Shown: piece after piece, positions 11,501 through 24,828 of the stretch
Layout of the letters: the number at the start of each line of letters is the position of its first letter
How positions within the stretch are numbered: position 1 is the stretch's first letter
DNA from: Antedon mediterranea
Lineage: Eukaryota; Animalia; Echinodermata
Assembly: GCF_964355755.1 (NCBI RefSeq)
Contig: NC_092670.1
Location: 2,160,201-2,224,200 of the forward strand
DNA: 64,000 nt
Reading direction: 5' to 3'
Program-made: the position numbers and the translations under genes
Notes under the pieces: generated by a model
Seen by the model: the letters and a program-made list of their open reading frames with translations, nothing else
Database searches by the model: none
Told to the model about the DNA's origin: nothing

Positions 11501-14500
11501 CCCTCATCTTTAAAATTTGAGTGTAACTCATTTACGATTTTTAAAATATAGTGAAATTTGATACTGTATTTGTGAAAAAATGGCGGATTGTTCCTGGGAG
11601 TCACTTGGTGGGATTATACTAGGGTACCCCCTTAGTCGTCCAGTATAAGTTAGAGTGGGACCACTGGTCCCGTTTACTCAGCCCTCATCTTTAAAATTTG
11701 AGTGTAACTCATTTACGATTTTTAAAATATAGTGAAATTTGAAACTGTATTTGTGAGAAAACGGCGGATTGTTCCTGAGAGTCACTTGGTGGGATTATAC
11801 TAGGGTACCTCCTTAGTCGTACAGTATAAGTTAGAGTGGGACCACTGGTACTGTTTACTCAGCCCTCATCTTTTAAATTTGAGTGTAACTCATTTACGAT
11901 TAAAAAAATATAGTGAAATTTGATACTGTATTTGTGAGAAAATGGCGGATTGTTCCTGGGAGTCACTTTGTGGGATTATACTAGGGTACCTCCTTAGTTG
12001 TCCAGTAGAAGTTAGAGTGGGACCACTGGTCCCGTTTACTCAGCCCTCATCTTTAACGTTTGAGTGTAACTCAATTACGATTAATATTTCAAAATATAGT
12101 GAAATTTGATACTGTATTTGTGAGAAAACGGCGGATTGTTCCTCGGAGTCACATGGTGGGGTTATACTAAGGTACGTCCTTAGTCGTCCAGTATAAGTTA
12201 GAGTGCGACCACTGGTCCCGTTTACTCAGCCCTCATCTTTTAATTTGCGTGTAACTCAATTACGATAACATTTTTTAAATATAGTGAAAATTGATACTGT
12301 ATTTGTGAGAAAATGGCGGATTGTTCCTGGGAGTCACTTGGTGGGATTATACTAGGGTACCTCCTCAGTTGTCCAGTATAAGTTAGAGTGGGACCACTGG
12401 TCCCGTTTACTCAGCCCTCATCTTTAACGTTTGAGTGTAACTCAATTACGATTAATATTTTAAAATATAGTGAAATTTGATACTGTATTTGTGAGAAAAT
12501 GGCGGATTGTTCCTGGGAGTCACTTAGTGGGATTATACTAGGTTACCCCCTTAGTCGTCCAGTATCAGTTAGAGTGGGACCACTGGTCCGGTTTACTCAG
12601 CCCTCATCTTTAACGTTTGAGTGTAACTCAATTACGATTAATATTTTAAAATATAGTGAAATTTGATACTGTATTTGTGAGAAAACGGCGGATTGTTCCT
12701 GAGAGTCACTTGGTGGGATTATTCTACGGTGCCTCCCTAGTCGTCCAGTATAAGTTAGAGTGGGACCACTGGTCCCGTTTACTAAGCCCTCATCTTTTAA
12801 ATTTGAGTGTAACTCATTTACGATTTTAAAAATATAGTGAAATTTGATACTGTATTTGTAAGAAAACGGCGGATTGTTCCTCGGAGTCACATGGTGGGGT
12901 TATACTAAGGTACGTCCTTAGTCGTCCAGTATAAGTTAGAGTGCGACCACTGGTCCCGTTTACTCAGCCCTCATCTTTTAAATTTGAGTGTAACTCAATT
13001 ACGATAAAATTTTTAAAATATAGTGAAATTTGATACTGTATTTGTGAGAAAATGGCGGATTGTTCCTGGGAGTCACTTGGTGGGATTATACTAGGGTACC
13101 CTCTTAGTTGCCCAGTATAAGTTAGAGTGGGACTACTGGTCCCGTTTACTCAGCCCTCATCTTTAAAATTTGAGTGTAACTCATTTACGATTTTTAAAAT
13201 ATAGTGAAATTTGAAACTGTATTTGTGAGAAAACGGCGGATTGTTCCTGAGAGTCACTTGGTGGGATTATACTAGGGTACACCCTTAGTCGTCCAGTATA
13301 AGTTAGAGTGGGACCACTGGTCCCGTTTACTCAGCCCTCATCTTTAAAATTTGAGTGTAACTCATTTACGATTTTTAAAATATAGTGAAATTTGATACTG
13401 TATTTGTGAGAAAACGGCGTATTGTTCCTGAGAGTCACTTGGTGGGATTATACTAGAGTACCTCTTTAGTCATCCTGTATAAGTTAGAGTGGGACCACTG
13501 GTTCCGTTTACTCAGCCCTCATCTTTAACATTTGAGTGTAACTCAATTACGATTAATATTTTAAAATATAGTGAAATTTGATACTGTATTAGTGTAAAAA
13601 TGGCGGATTGTTCCTGGGAGTCACTTGGTGGGATTATACTAGGTTACCCCCTTAGTCGTCCAGTATAAGTTAGAGTGGGACCACTGGTCCGGTTTACTCA
13701 GCCCTCATCTTTAAAATTTGAGTGTAACTCATTTACGATTTTTAAAATATAGTGAAATTTGATACTGTATTTGTGAAAAATGGCGGATTGTTCCTGGGAG
13801 TCACTTGGTGGGATTATACTAGGGTACCCCCTTAGTCGTCCAGTATAAGTTAGAGTGGGACCACTAGTCCCGTTTACTCAGCCCTCATCTTTAAAATTTG
13901 AGTGTAACTCATTTAAGATTTTTAAAATATAGGGAAATTTGATACTGTATTTGTGAGAAAATGGCGGATTGTTCCTGGGAGTCACTTGGTGGGATTATAC
14001 TAGGGTACCTCCTTAGTTGTCCAGTATAAGTTAGAGTGGGACCACTGGTCCCGTTTACTCAGCCCTCATCTTTAACATTTGAGTGTAACTCAATTACGAT
14101 TAATATTTTAAAATATAGTGAAATTTGATACTGTATTTGTGAGAAAATGGCGGATTGTTCCTGGGAGTCACTTGGTGGGATTATACTAGGTTACCCCCTT
14201 AGTCGTCCAGTATAAGTTAGAGTGGGACCACTGGTCCGGTTTACTCAGCCCTCATCTTTAAAATTTGAGTGTAACTCATTTACGATTTTTAAAATATAGT
14301 GAAATTTGATACTGTATTTGTGAAAAAATGGCGGATTGTTCCTGGGAGTCACTTGGTGGGATTATACTAGGGTACCCCCTTAGTCGTCCAGTATAAGTTA
14401 GAGTGGGACCACTGGTCCCGTTTACTCAGCCCTCATCTTTAAAATTTGAGTGTAACTCATTTACGATTTTTAAAATATAGTGAAATTTGAAACTGTATTT

Positions 14501-17500
14501 GTGAGAAAACGGCGGATTGTTCCTGAGAGTCACTTGGTGGGATTATACTAGGGTACCTCCTTAGTCGTACAGTATAAGTTAGAGTGGGACCACTGTTACT
14601 GTTTACTCAGCCCTCATCTTTTAAATTTGAGTGTAACTCATTTACGATTAAAAAAATATAGTGAAATTTGATACTGTATTTGTGAGAAAATGGCGGATTG
14701 TTCCTGGGAGTCACTTTGTGGGATTATACTAGGGTACATCCTTAGTTGTCCAGTAGAAGTTAGAGTGGGACCACTGGTCCCGTTTACTCAGCCCTCATCT
14801 TTAACGTTTGAGTGTAACTCAATTACGATTAATATTTCAAAATATAGTGAAATTTGATACTGTATTTGTGAGAAAACGGCGGATTGTTCCTCGGAGTCAC
14901 ATGGTGGGGTTATACTAAGGTACGTCCTTAGTCGTCCAGTATAAGTTAGAGTGCGACCACTGGTCCCGTTTACTCAGCCCTCATCTTTTAATTTGCGTGT
15001 AACTCAATTACGATGAAATTTTTTAAATATAGTGAAAATTGATACTGTATTTGTGAGAAAATGGCGGATTGTTCCTGGGAGTCACTTGGTGGGATTATAC
15101 TAGGGTACCTCCTCAGTTGTCCAGTATAAGTTAGAGTGGGACCACTGGTCCCGTTTACTCAGCCCTCATCTTTAACGTTTGAGTGTAACTCAATTACGAT
15201 TAATATTTTAAAATATAGTGAAATTTGATACTGTATTTGTGAGAAAATGGCGGATTGTTCCTGGGAGTCACTTAGTGGGATTATACTAGGTTACCCCCTT
15301 AGTCGTCCAGTATAAGTTAGAGTGGGACCACTGGTCCCGTTTACTCAGCCCTCATCTTTAACGTTTGAGTGTAACTCAATTACGATTAATATTTTAAAAT
15401 ATAGTGAAATTTGATACTGTATTTGTGAGAAAATGGCGGATTGTTCCTGGGAGTCACTTGGTGGGATTATACTAGGGTACCTCCTTAGTCGTCCAGTATC
15501 AGTTAGAGTGGGACCACTGGTCCGGTTTACTCAGCCCTCATCTTTAACGTTTGAGTGTAACTCAATTACGATTAATATTTTAAAATATAGTGAAATTTGA
15601 TACTGTATTTGTGAGAAAACGGCGGATTGTTCCTGAGAGTCACTTGGTGGGATTATACTACGGTGCCTCCCTAGTCGTCCAGTATAAGTTAGAGTGGGAC
15701 CACTGGTCCCGTTTACTAAGCCCTCATCTTTTAAATTTGAGTGTAACTCATTTACGATTTTAAAAATATAGTGAAATTTGATACTGTATTTGTAAGAAAA
15801 CGGCGGATTGTTCCTCGGAGTCACATGGTGGGGTTATACTAAGGTACGTCCTTAGTCGTCCAGTATAAGTTAGAGTGCGACCACTGGTCCCGTTTACTCA
15901 ACCCTCATCTTTTAAATTTGAGTGTAACTCAATTACGATAAAATTTTTAAAATATAGTGAAATTTGATACTGTATTTGTGAGAAAATGGCGGATTGTTCC
16001 TGGGAGTCACTTGGTGGGATTATACTAGGGTACCCTCTTAGTTGTCCAGTATAAGTTAGAGTGGGACTACTGGTCCCGTTTACTCAGCCCTCATCTTTAA
16101 AATTTGAGTGTAACTCATTTACGATTTTTAAAATATAGTGAAATTTGAAACTGTATTTGTGAGAAAACGGCGGATTGTTCCTGAGAGTCACTTGGTGGGA
16201 TTATACTAGGGTACACCCTTAGTCGTCCAGTATAAGTTAGAGTGGGACCACTGGTCCCGTTTACTCAGCCCTCATCTTTAAAATTTGAGTGTAACTCATT
16301 TACGATTTTTAAAATATAGTGAAATTTGATACTGTATTTGTGAGAAAACGGCGTATTGTTCCTGAGAGTCACTTGGTGGGATTATACTAGAGTACCTCTT
16401 TAGTCATCCTGTATAAGTTAGAGTGGGACCACTGGTCCCGTTTACTCAGCCCTCATCTTTAACATTTGAGTGTAACTCAATTACGATTAATATTTTAAAA
16501 TATAGTGAAATTTGATACTGTATTTGTGTAAAAATGGCGGATTGTTCCTGGGAGTCACTTGGTGGGATTATACTAGGTTACCCCCTTAGTCGTCCAGTAT
16601 AAGTTAGAGTGGGACCACTGGTCCGGTTTACTCAGCCCTCATCTTTAAAATTTGAGTGTAACTCATTTACGATTTTTAAAATATAGTGAAATTTGATACT
16701 GTATTTGTGAAAAATGGCGGATTGTTCCTGGGAGTCACTTGGTGGGATTATACTAGGGTACCCCCTTAGTCGTCCAGTATAAGTTAGAGTGGGACCACTA
16801 GTCCCGTTTACTCAGCCCTCATCTTTAAAATTTGAGTGTAACTCATTTACGATTTTTAAAATATAGTGAAATTTGAAACTGTATTTGTGAGAAAACGGCG
16901 GATTGTTCCTGAGAGTCACTTGGTGGGATTATACTAGGGTACCTCCTTAGTCGTACAGTATAAGTTAGAGTGGGACCACTGGTACTGTTTACTCAGCCCT
17001 CATCTTTTAAATTTGAGTGTAACTCATTTACGATTAAAAAAATATAGTGAAATTTGATACTGTATTTGTGAGAAAATGGCGGATTGTTCCTGGGAGTCAC
17101 TTGGTGGGATTATACTAGGGTACCTCCTTAGTTGTCCAGTATAAATTAGAGTGGGACCACTTGTCCCGTTTACTCAGCCCTCATCTTTAAAATTTGAGTT
17201 TAACTCATTTATGATCTTTAAAATATAGTGAAATGTGATACTGTATTTGTGAGAAAACGGCGGATTGTTCCTGAGAGTCACTTGGTGGGATTATACTAGG
17301 GTACCTCCTTAGTTGTCCAGTATAAGTTAGAGTGGGACTACTGGTCCCGTTTACTCAGCCCTCATCTTTAACATTTGAGTGTAACTCAATTACGATTTTA
17401 AAAATATAGTGAAATTAGATACTGTATTTGTGAGAAAACGGCGGATTGTTCCTGGGAGTCACATGGTGGGATTATACTAAGGTACGTCCTTAGTTGTCCA

Positions 17501-19214
17501 GTATAAGTTAGAGTGCGACCACTGGTTTCGTTTACTCAGCCCTCATCTTTTAAATTTGAGTGTAACTCAATTACGATAAAAAATTTTAAAATATAGTTAA
17601 AATTGATACTGTATTTGTGAGAAAATGGCGGATTGTTCCTGGGAGTCACTTTGTGGGATTATACTAGGGTACCTCCTTAGTTGTCCAGTAGAAGTTAGAG
17701 TGGGACCACTGGTCCCGTTTACTCAGCCCTCATCTTTAACGTTTGAGTGTAACTCAATTACGATTAATATTTCAAAATATAGTGAAATTTGATACTGTAT
17801 TTGTGAGAAAACGGCGGATTGTTCCTCGGAGTCACATGGTGGGGTTATACTAAGGTACGTCCTTAGTCGTCCAGTATAAGTTAGAGTGCGACCACTGGTC
17901 CCGTTTACTCAGCCCTCATCTTTTAATTTGAGTGTAACTCAATTACGATAACATTTTTAAAATATAGTGAAAATTGATACTGTATTTGTGAGAAAATGGC
18001 GGATTGTTCCTGGGAGTCACTTGGTGGGATTATACTAGGGTACCTCTTCAGTTGTCCAGTATAAGTTAGAGTGGGACCACTGGTCCCGTTTACTCAGCCC
18101 TCATCTTTAACGTTTGAGTGTAACTCAATTACGATTAATATTTTAAAATATAGTGAAATTTGATACTGTATTTGTGAGAAAATGGCGGATTGTTCCTGGG
18201 AGTCACTTAGTGGGATTATACTAGGTTACCCCCTTAGTCGTCCAGTATCAGTTAGAGTGGGACCACTGGTCCGGTTTACTCAGCCCTCATCTTTAACGTT
18301 TGAGTGTAACTCAATTACGATTAATATTTTAAAATATAGTGAAATTTGATACTGTATTTGTGAGAAAACGGCGGATTGTTCCTGAGAGTCACTTGGTGGG
18401 ATTATACTACGGTGCCTCCCTAGTCGTCCAGTATAAGTTAGAGTGGGACCACTGGTCCCGTTTACTAAGCCCTCATCTTTTAAATTTGAGTGTAACTCAT
18501 TTACGATTTTAAAAATATAGTGAAATTTGATACTGTATTTGTAAGAAAACGGCGGATTGTTCCTCGGAGTCACATGGTGGGGTTATACTAAGGTACGTCC
18601 TTAGTCGTCCAGTATAAGTTAGAGTGCGACCACTGGTCCCGTTTACTCAGCCCTCATCTTTTAAATTTGAGTGTAACTCAATTACGATAAAATTTTTAAA
18701 ATATAGTGAAATTTGATACTGTATTTGTGAGAAAATGGCGGATTGTTCCTGGGAGTCACTTGGTGGGATTATACTAAGGTACCCTCTTAGTTGTCCAGTA
18801 TAAGTTAGAGTGGGACCACTGGTCCCGTTTACTCAGCCCTCATCTTTAAAATTTTAGTGTAACTCATTTACGATTTTTAAAATATAGTGAAATTTGAAAC
18901 TGTATTTGTGAGAAAACGGCGGATTGTTCCTGAGAGTCACTTGGTGGGATTATACTAGGGTACACCCTTAGTCGTCCAGTATAAGTTAGAGTGGGACCAC
19001 TGGTCCCGTTTACTCAGCCCTCATCTTTAAAATTTGAGTGTAACTCATTTACGATTTTTAAAATATAGTGAAATTTGATACTGTATTTGTGAGAAAACGG
19101 CGTATTGTTCCTGAGAGTCACTTGGTGGGATTATACTAGAGTACCTCTTTAGTCATCCTGTATAAGTTAGAGTGGGACCACTGGTCCCGTTTACTCAGCC
19201 CTCATCTTTAAAAT
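5534..19214 (+). repeat. Satellite array, left arm: ~75 monomers of 181/186 bp with higher-order repeats
   Basis: Monomer tatttgtgagaaaatggcggattgttcctgggagtcacttggtgggattatactagggtacc...gggaccactggtcccgtttactcagccctcatc...ttgagtgtaactca...atatagtgaaatttgatactg. Anchor spacings are 6281->6462 (181) and 6462->6648 (186). Confidence 0.95.
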
Positions 19215-22200
19215 ATTAATCGTAATTGAGTTACACTCAAATTTTAAAGATAAGGGCTGAGTAAACGGGACCAGTGGTCCCACTCTAACTTAAACTGGAC
19301 AACTAAGGAGGTACGCTAGTATAATCCCACCAAGTGACTCTCGGGAACAATCCGCCATTTTCTCACAAATACAGTATCAAATTTCACTATATTTTAAAAT
19401 ATTAATCGTAATTGAGTTACACTCAAACGTTAAAGATGAGGGCTGAGTAAACGGGACCAGTGGTCCAACTCTAACTTCTACTGGAGAACTAAGGAGGTAC
19501 CCTAGTATAATCCCACCAAGTGACTCCTAGGAACAATCCGCCATTTTCTCACAAATACAGTATCAATTTTCACTATATTTTAAATTTTTTTTACCGTAAT
19601 TGAGTTACACTCAAATTTAAAAGATGAGGGCTGAGTAAATGGAACCAGTGGTCGCACTCTAACTTATACTGGACGACTAAGGACGTACCTTAGTATAATC
19701 CCACCATGTGACTCCCAGGAACAATCCGCCGTTTTCTCACAAATACAGTATCTAATTTCACTATATTTTTAAAATCGTAAATGAGTTACACTCAAATTTA
19801 AAAGATGAGGGCTGAGTAAACAGGACAAGTGGTCCCACTCTAACTTATACTGGACGACTAAGGATGCACCCTAGTATAATCCCACCAAGTGACTCTCAGG
19901 AACAATCCGCCGTTTTCTCACAAATACAGTATCAAATTTCACTATATTTTAAAAATCGTAAATGAGTTACACTCAAATTTAAAAGATGAGGGCTGAGTAA
20001 ACGGGACCAGTGGTCCCACTCTAACTTATACTGGACGACTAAGGGGGTACCCTAGTATAATCCCACCAAGTGACTCTCAGGAACAATCCGCCGTTTTCTC
20101 ACAAATACAGTATCAAATTTCACTATATTTTAAAAATCGTAAATGAGTTACACTCAAATTTTAAAGATGAGGGCTGAGTAAACGGGACCAGTGGTCCCAC
20201 TCTAACTTATACTGGACAACTAAGGAGGTACCCTAGTATAATCCCACCAAGTGACTCCCATGAACAATCCGCCATTTTCTCACAAATACAGTATCAAATT
20301 TCACTATATTTTTTAAATCGTAAATGAGTTACATTCATATTTAAAAGATGAGGGCTGAGTAAACGGGACCAGTGGTCCCACTCTAACTTCTACTGGACAA
20401 CTAAGGAGGTACCCTAGTATAATCCCACCAAGTGACTCCCAGGAACAATCCGCCATTTTCTCACAAATACAGTATCAATTTTCACTATATTTTAAATTTT
20501 TTTTACCGTAATTGAGTTATACTCAAATTTAAAAGATGAGGGCTGAGTAAACGGAACCAGTGGTCGCACTCTAACTTATACTGGACGGCTAAGGACGTAC
20601 CTTAGTATAATCCCACCAAGTGACTCCCAGGAACAATCCGCCGTTTTTTCACAAATACAGTATCTAATTTCACTATATTTTTTAAATCGTAAATGAGTTA
20701 CATTCATATTTAAAAGATGAAGGCTGAGTAAACGGGACCAGTGGTCCCACTCTAACTTCTACTGGACAACTAAGGAGGTACCCTAGTATAATCCCACCAA
20801 GTGACTCCCAGGAACAATCCGCCATTTTCTCACAAATACAGTATCAATTTTCACTATATTTTAAAATTTTTTTACCGTAATTGAGTTACACTCAAATTTA
20901 AAAGATGAGGACTGAGTAAACGGAACCAGTGGTCGCACTCTAACTTATACTGGACGACTAAGGACGTACCTTAGTATAATCCCACCATGTGACTCCCAGG
21001 AACAATCCGCCGTTTTCTCACAAATACAGTATCTAATTTCACTATATTTTTAAAATCGTAAATGAGTTACACTCAAATTTAAAAGATGAGGGCTGAGTAA
21101 ACGGGACCAGTGGTCCCACTCTAACTTATACTCGACGACTAAGGATGCACCCTAGTATAATCCCACCAAGTGACTCCCATGAACAATCCGCCATTTTCTC
21201 ACAAATACAGTATCAAATTTCACTATATTTTTTAAATCGTAAATGAGTTACATTCATATTTAAAAGATGAGGGCTGAGTAAACGGGACCAGTGGTCCCAC
21301 TCTAACTTCTACTGGACAACTAAGGAGGTACCCTAGTATAATCCCACCAAGTGACTCCCAGGAACAATCCGCCATTTTCTCACAAATACAGTATCAATTT
21401 TCACTATATTTTAAAATTTTTTTACCGTAATTGAGTTACACTCAAATTTAAAAGATGAGGGCTGAGTAAACGGAACCAGTGGTCGCACTCTAACTTATAC
21501 TGGACGGCTAATGACGTACCTTAGTATAATCCCACCATGTGACTCCCAGGAACAATCCGCCGTTTTCTCACAAATACAGTATCTAATTTCACTATATTTT
21601 TTAAATCGTAAATGAGTTACATTCATATTTAAAAGATGAAGGCTGAGTAAACGGGACCAGTGGTCCCACTCTAACTTCTACTGGACCACTAAGGAGGTAC
21701 CCTAGTATAATCCCACCAAGTGACTCCCAGGAACAATCCGCCATTTTCTCACAAATACAGTATCAATTTTCACTATATTTTAAAATTTTTTTACCGTAAT
21801 TGAGTTACACTTAAATTTAAAAGATGAGGACTGAGTAAACGGAACCAGTGGTCGCACTCTAACTTATACTGGACGACTAAGGACGTACCTTAGTATAATC
21901 CCACCATGTGACTCCCAGGAACAATCCGCCATTTTCTCACAAATACAGTATCAAATTTCACTATATTTTTTAAATCGTAAATGAGTTACATTCATATTTA
22001 AAAGATGAGGGCTGAGTAAACGGGACCAGTGGTCCCACTCTAACTTCTACTGGACAACTAAGGAGGTACCCTAGTATAATCCCACCAAGTGACTCCTAGG
22101 AACAATCCGCCATTTTCTCACAAATACAGTATCAATTTTCACTATATTTTAAATTTTTTACCGTAATTGAGTTACACTCAAATTTAAAAGATGAGGGCTG

Positions 22201-24680
22201 AGTAAATGGAACCAGTGGTCGCACTCTAACTTATACTGGACGACTGAGGACGTACCTTAGTATAATCCCACCATGTGACTCCCAGGAACAATCCGCCGTT
22301 TTCTCACAAATACAGTATCTAATTTCACTATATTTTTAAAATCGTAAATGAGTTACACTCAAATTTAAAAGATGAGGGCTGAGTAAACAGGACAAGTGGT
22401 CCCACTCTAACTTATACTGGACGACTAAGGATGCACCCTAGTATAATCCCACCAAGTGACTCTCAGGAACAATCCGCCGTTTTCTCACAAATACAGTATC
22501 AAATTTCACTATATTTTAAAAATCGTAAATGAGTTACACTCAAATTTAAAAGATGAGGGCTGAGTAAACGGGACCAGTGGTCCCACTCTAACTTATACTG
22601 GACGACTAAGAGGGTACCCTAGTATAATCCCACCAAGTGACTCTCAGGAACAATCCGCCGTTTTCTCACAAATACAGTATCAAATTTCACTATATTTTAA
22701 AAATCGTAAATGAGTTACACTCAAATTTTAAAGATGAGGGCTGAGTAAACGGGACCAGTGGTCCCACTCTAACTTATACTGGACAACTAAGGAGGTACCC
22801 TAGTATAATCCCACCAAGTGACTCCCATGAACAATCCGCCATTTTCTCACAAATACAGTATCAAATTTCACTATATTTTTTAAATCGTAAATGAGTTACA
22901 TTCATATTTAAAAGATGAGGGCTGAGTAAACGGGACCAGTGGTCCCACTCTAACTTCTACTGGACAACTAAGGAGGTACCCTAGTATAATCCCACCAAGT
23001 GACTCCCAGGAACAATCCGCCATTTTCTCACAAATACAGTATCAATTTTCACTATATTTTAAAAATTTTTTACCGTAATTGAGTTACACTCAAATTTAAA
23101 AGATGAGGGCTGAGTAAACGGAACCAATGATCGCACTCTAACTTATACTGGACGGCTAAGGACGTACCTTAGTATAATCCCACCATGTGACTCCCAGGAA
23201 CAATCCGCCGTTTTCTCACAAATACAGTATCTAATTTCACTATATTTTTTAAATCGTAAATGAGTTACATTCATATTTAAAAGATGAAGGCTGAGTAAAC
23301 GGGACCAGTGGTCCCACTCTAACTTCTACTGGACAACTAAGGAGGTACCCTAGTATAATCCCACCAAGTGACTCCCAGGAACAATCCGCCATTTTCTTAC
23401 AAATACAGTATCAATTTTCACTATATTTTAAAATTTTTTTACCGTAATTGAGTTACACTCAAATTTAAAAGATGAGGACTGAGTAAACGGAACCAGTGGT
23501 CGCACTCTAACTTATACTGGACGACTAAGGACGTACCTTAGTATAATCCCACCATGTGACTCCCAGGAACAATCCGCCGTTTTCTCACAAATACAGTATC
23601 TAATTTCACTATATTTTTAAAATCGTAAATGAGTTACACTCAAATTTAAAAGATGAGGGCTGAGTAAACGGGACCAGTGGTCCCACTCTAACTTATACTC
23701 GACGACTAAGGATGCACCCTAGTATAATCCCACCAAGTGACTCTATGGAACAATCCGCCGTTTTCTCACAAATACAGTTTCAAATTTCACTATATTTTAA
23801 AAATCGTAAATGAGTTACACTCAAATTTAAAAGATGAGGGCTGAGTAAACGGGACCAGTGGTCCCACTCTAACTTATACTGGACGACTAAGGGGGTACCC
23901 TAGTATAATCCTACCAAGTGACTCTCAGGAGCAATCCGCTGTTTTCTCACAAATACAGTATCAAATTTCACTATATTTTAAAAATCGTAAATGAGTTACA
24001 CTCAAATTTTAAAGATGAGGGCTGAGTAAACGGGACCAGTGGTCCCACTCTAACTTATACTGGACAACTAAGGAGGTACCCTAGTATAATCCCACCAAGT
24101 GACTCCCAGGAACAATCCGCCATTTTCTCATAAATACAGTATCAAATTTCACTATATTTTTTAAATCGTAAATGAGTTACACTCAAATTTAAAAGGTGAG
24201 GGCTGAGTAAACGGTACCAGTGGTCCCACTCTAACTTATACTGTACGACTAAGGAGGTACCCTAGTATAATCCCACCAAGTGACTCCCAGGAACAATCCG
24301 CCATTTTCTCACGAATACAGTTTCAAATTTAACTATATTTTAAAAATTGTAATTGAGTTACACTCAAATTTTTAAGATGAGGGCTGAGTAAACAGGACCA
24401 GTGGTCGCACTCTAACTTATACTGGACGACTAAGGGGGTACCCTAGTATAATCCCACCAAGTGACTCCCAGGAACAATCCGCCATTTTCTCACAAATACA
24501 GTTTCAAATTTAACTATATTTTAAAAATCGTAATTGAGTTACACTCAAATTTTAGTGATGAGGGCTGAGTAAACGGGACCAGTGGTCCCACTCTAACTTA
24601 TACTGGACGACTAAGGGGGTACCCTAGTATAATCCCACCAAGTGAATCCCAGGAACAATCCGCCGTTTTTCTCACAAATA
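19215..24680 (-). repeat. Satellite array, right arm (inverted): ~30 monomers
   Basis: Reverse complement of the same monomer from the strand switch at ~19215 to 24680. Confidence 0.95.
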
Positions 24681-24828
24681 TTTAATTCCTAATACCATAA
24701 AAGCCATAAGTAACAATGAAAATGTAAAGAATGCACAAACGGCGTTTCATAGTTATTGTTGGCTGGAAAAAATAAAAGTGGGCTGGCTTATTGTTGGCTG
24801 GCTTATTGTTGGCTAGCTTGACACAAGC
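24681..24828 (-). repeat. Right unique terminal inverted repeat (148 bp)
   Basis: Reverse complement of 5386-5533; followed by the TSD GTATGTGTG. Confidence 0.92.

Larger units (their letters stand above)
5386..24828. mobile_element. Giant non-autonomous Foldback-type (Mutator-like, 9-bp TSD) DNA transposon, 19,443 bp
   Basis: TSD GTATGTGTG at 5377-5385 and 24829-24837. Ends gcttgtgtcaagcta... and ...tagcttgacacaagc are exact reverse complements, with perfect inverted identity over ~270 bp. The interior is inverted satellite arms with no transposase ORF. Confidence 0.93.

Noticed and set aside
12597-18573. Three near-identical 97-aa minus-strand ORFs (12597, 15531, 18280)
   Set aside because: Chance stop-free frames across two satellite monomers; they recur only because of the higher-order repeat.
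5534-24680. CRISPR-like or tRNA/5S gene array interpretation of the tandem units
   Set aside because: No unique spacers, eukaryotic context, no cas genes, and no recognisable cloverleaf or 5S similarity in the monomer.
5386-24828. Palindrome as a fold-back sequencing or assembly artefact
   Set aside because: The flanks are unique with a 9-bp direct TSD, and the arms differ in length, variants and HOR structure. Exact copy number still needs read support.
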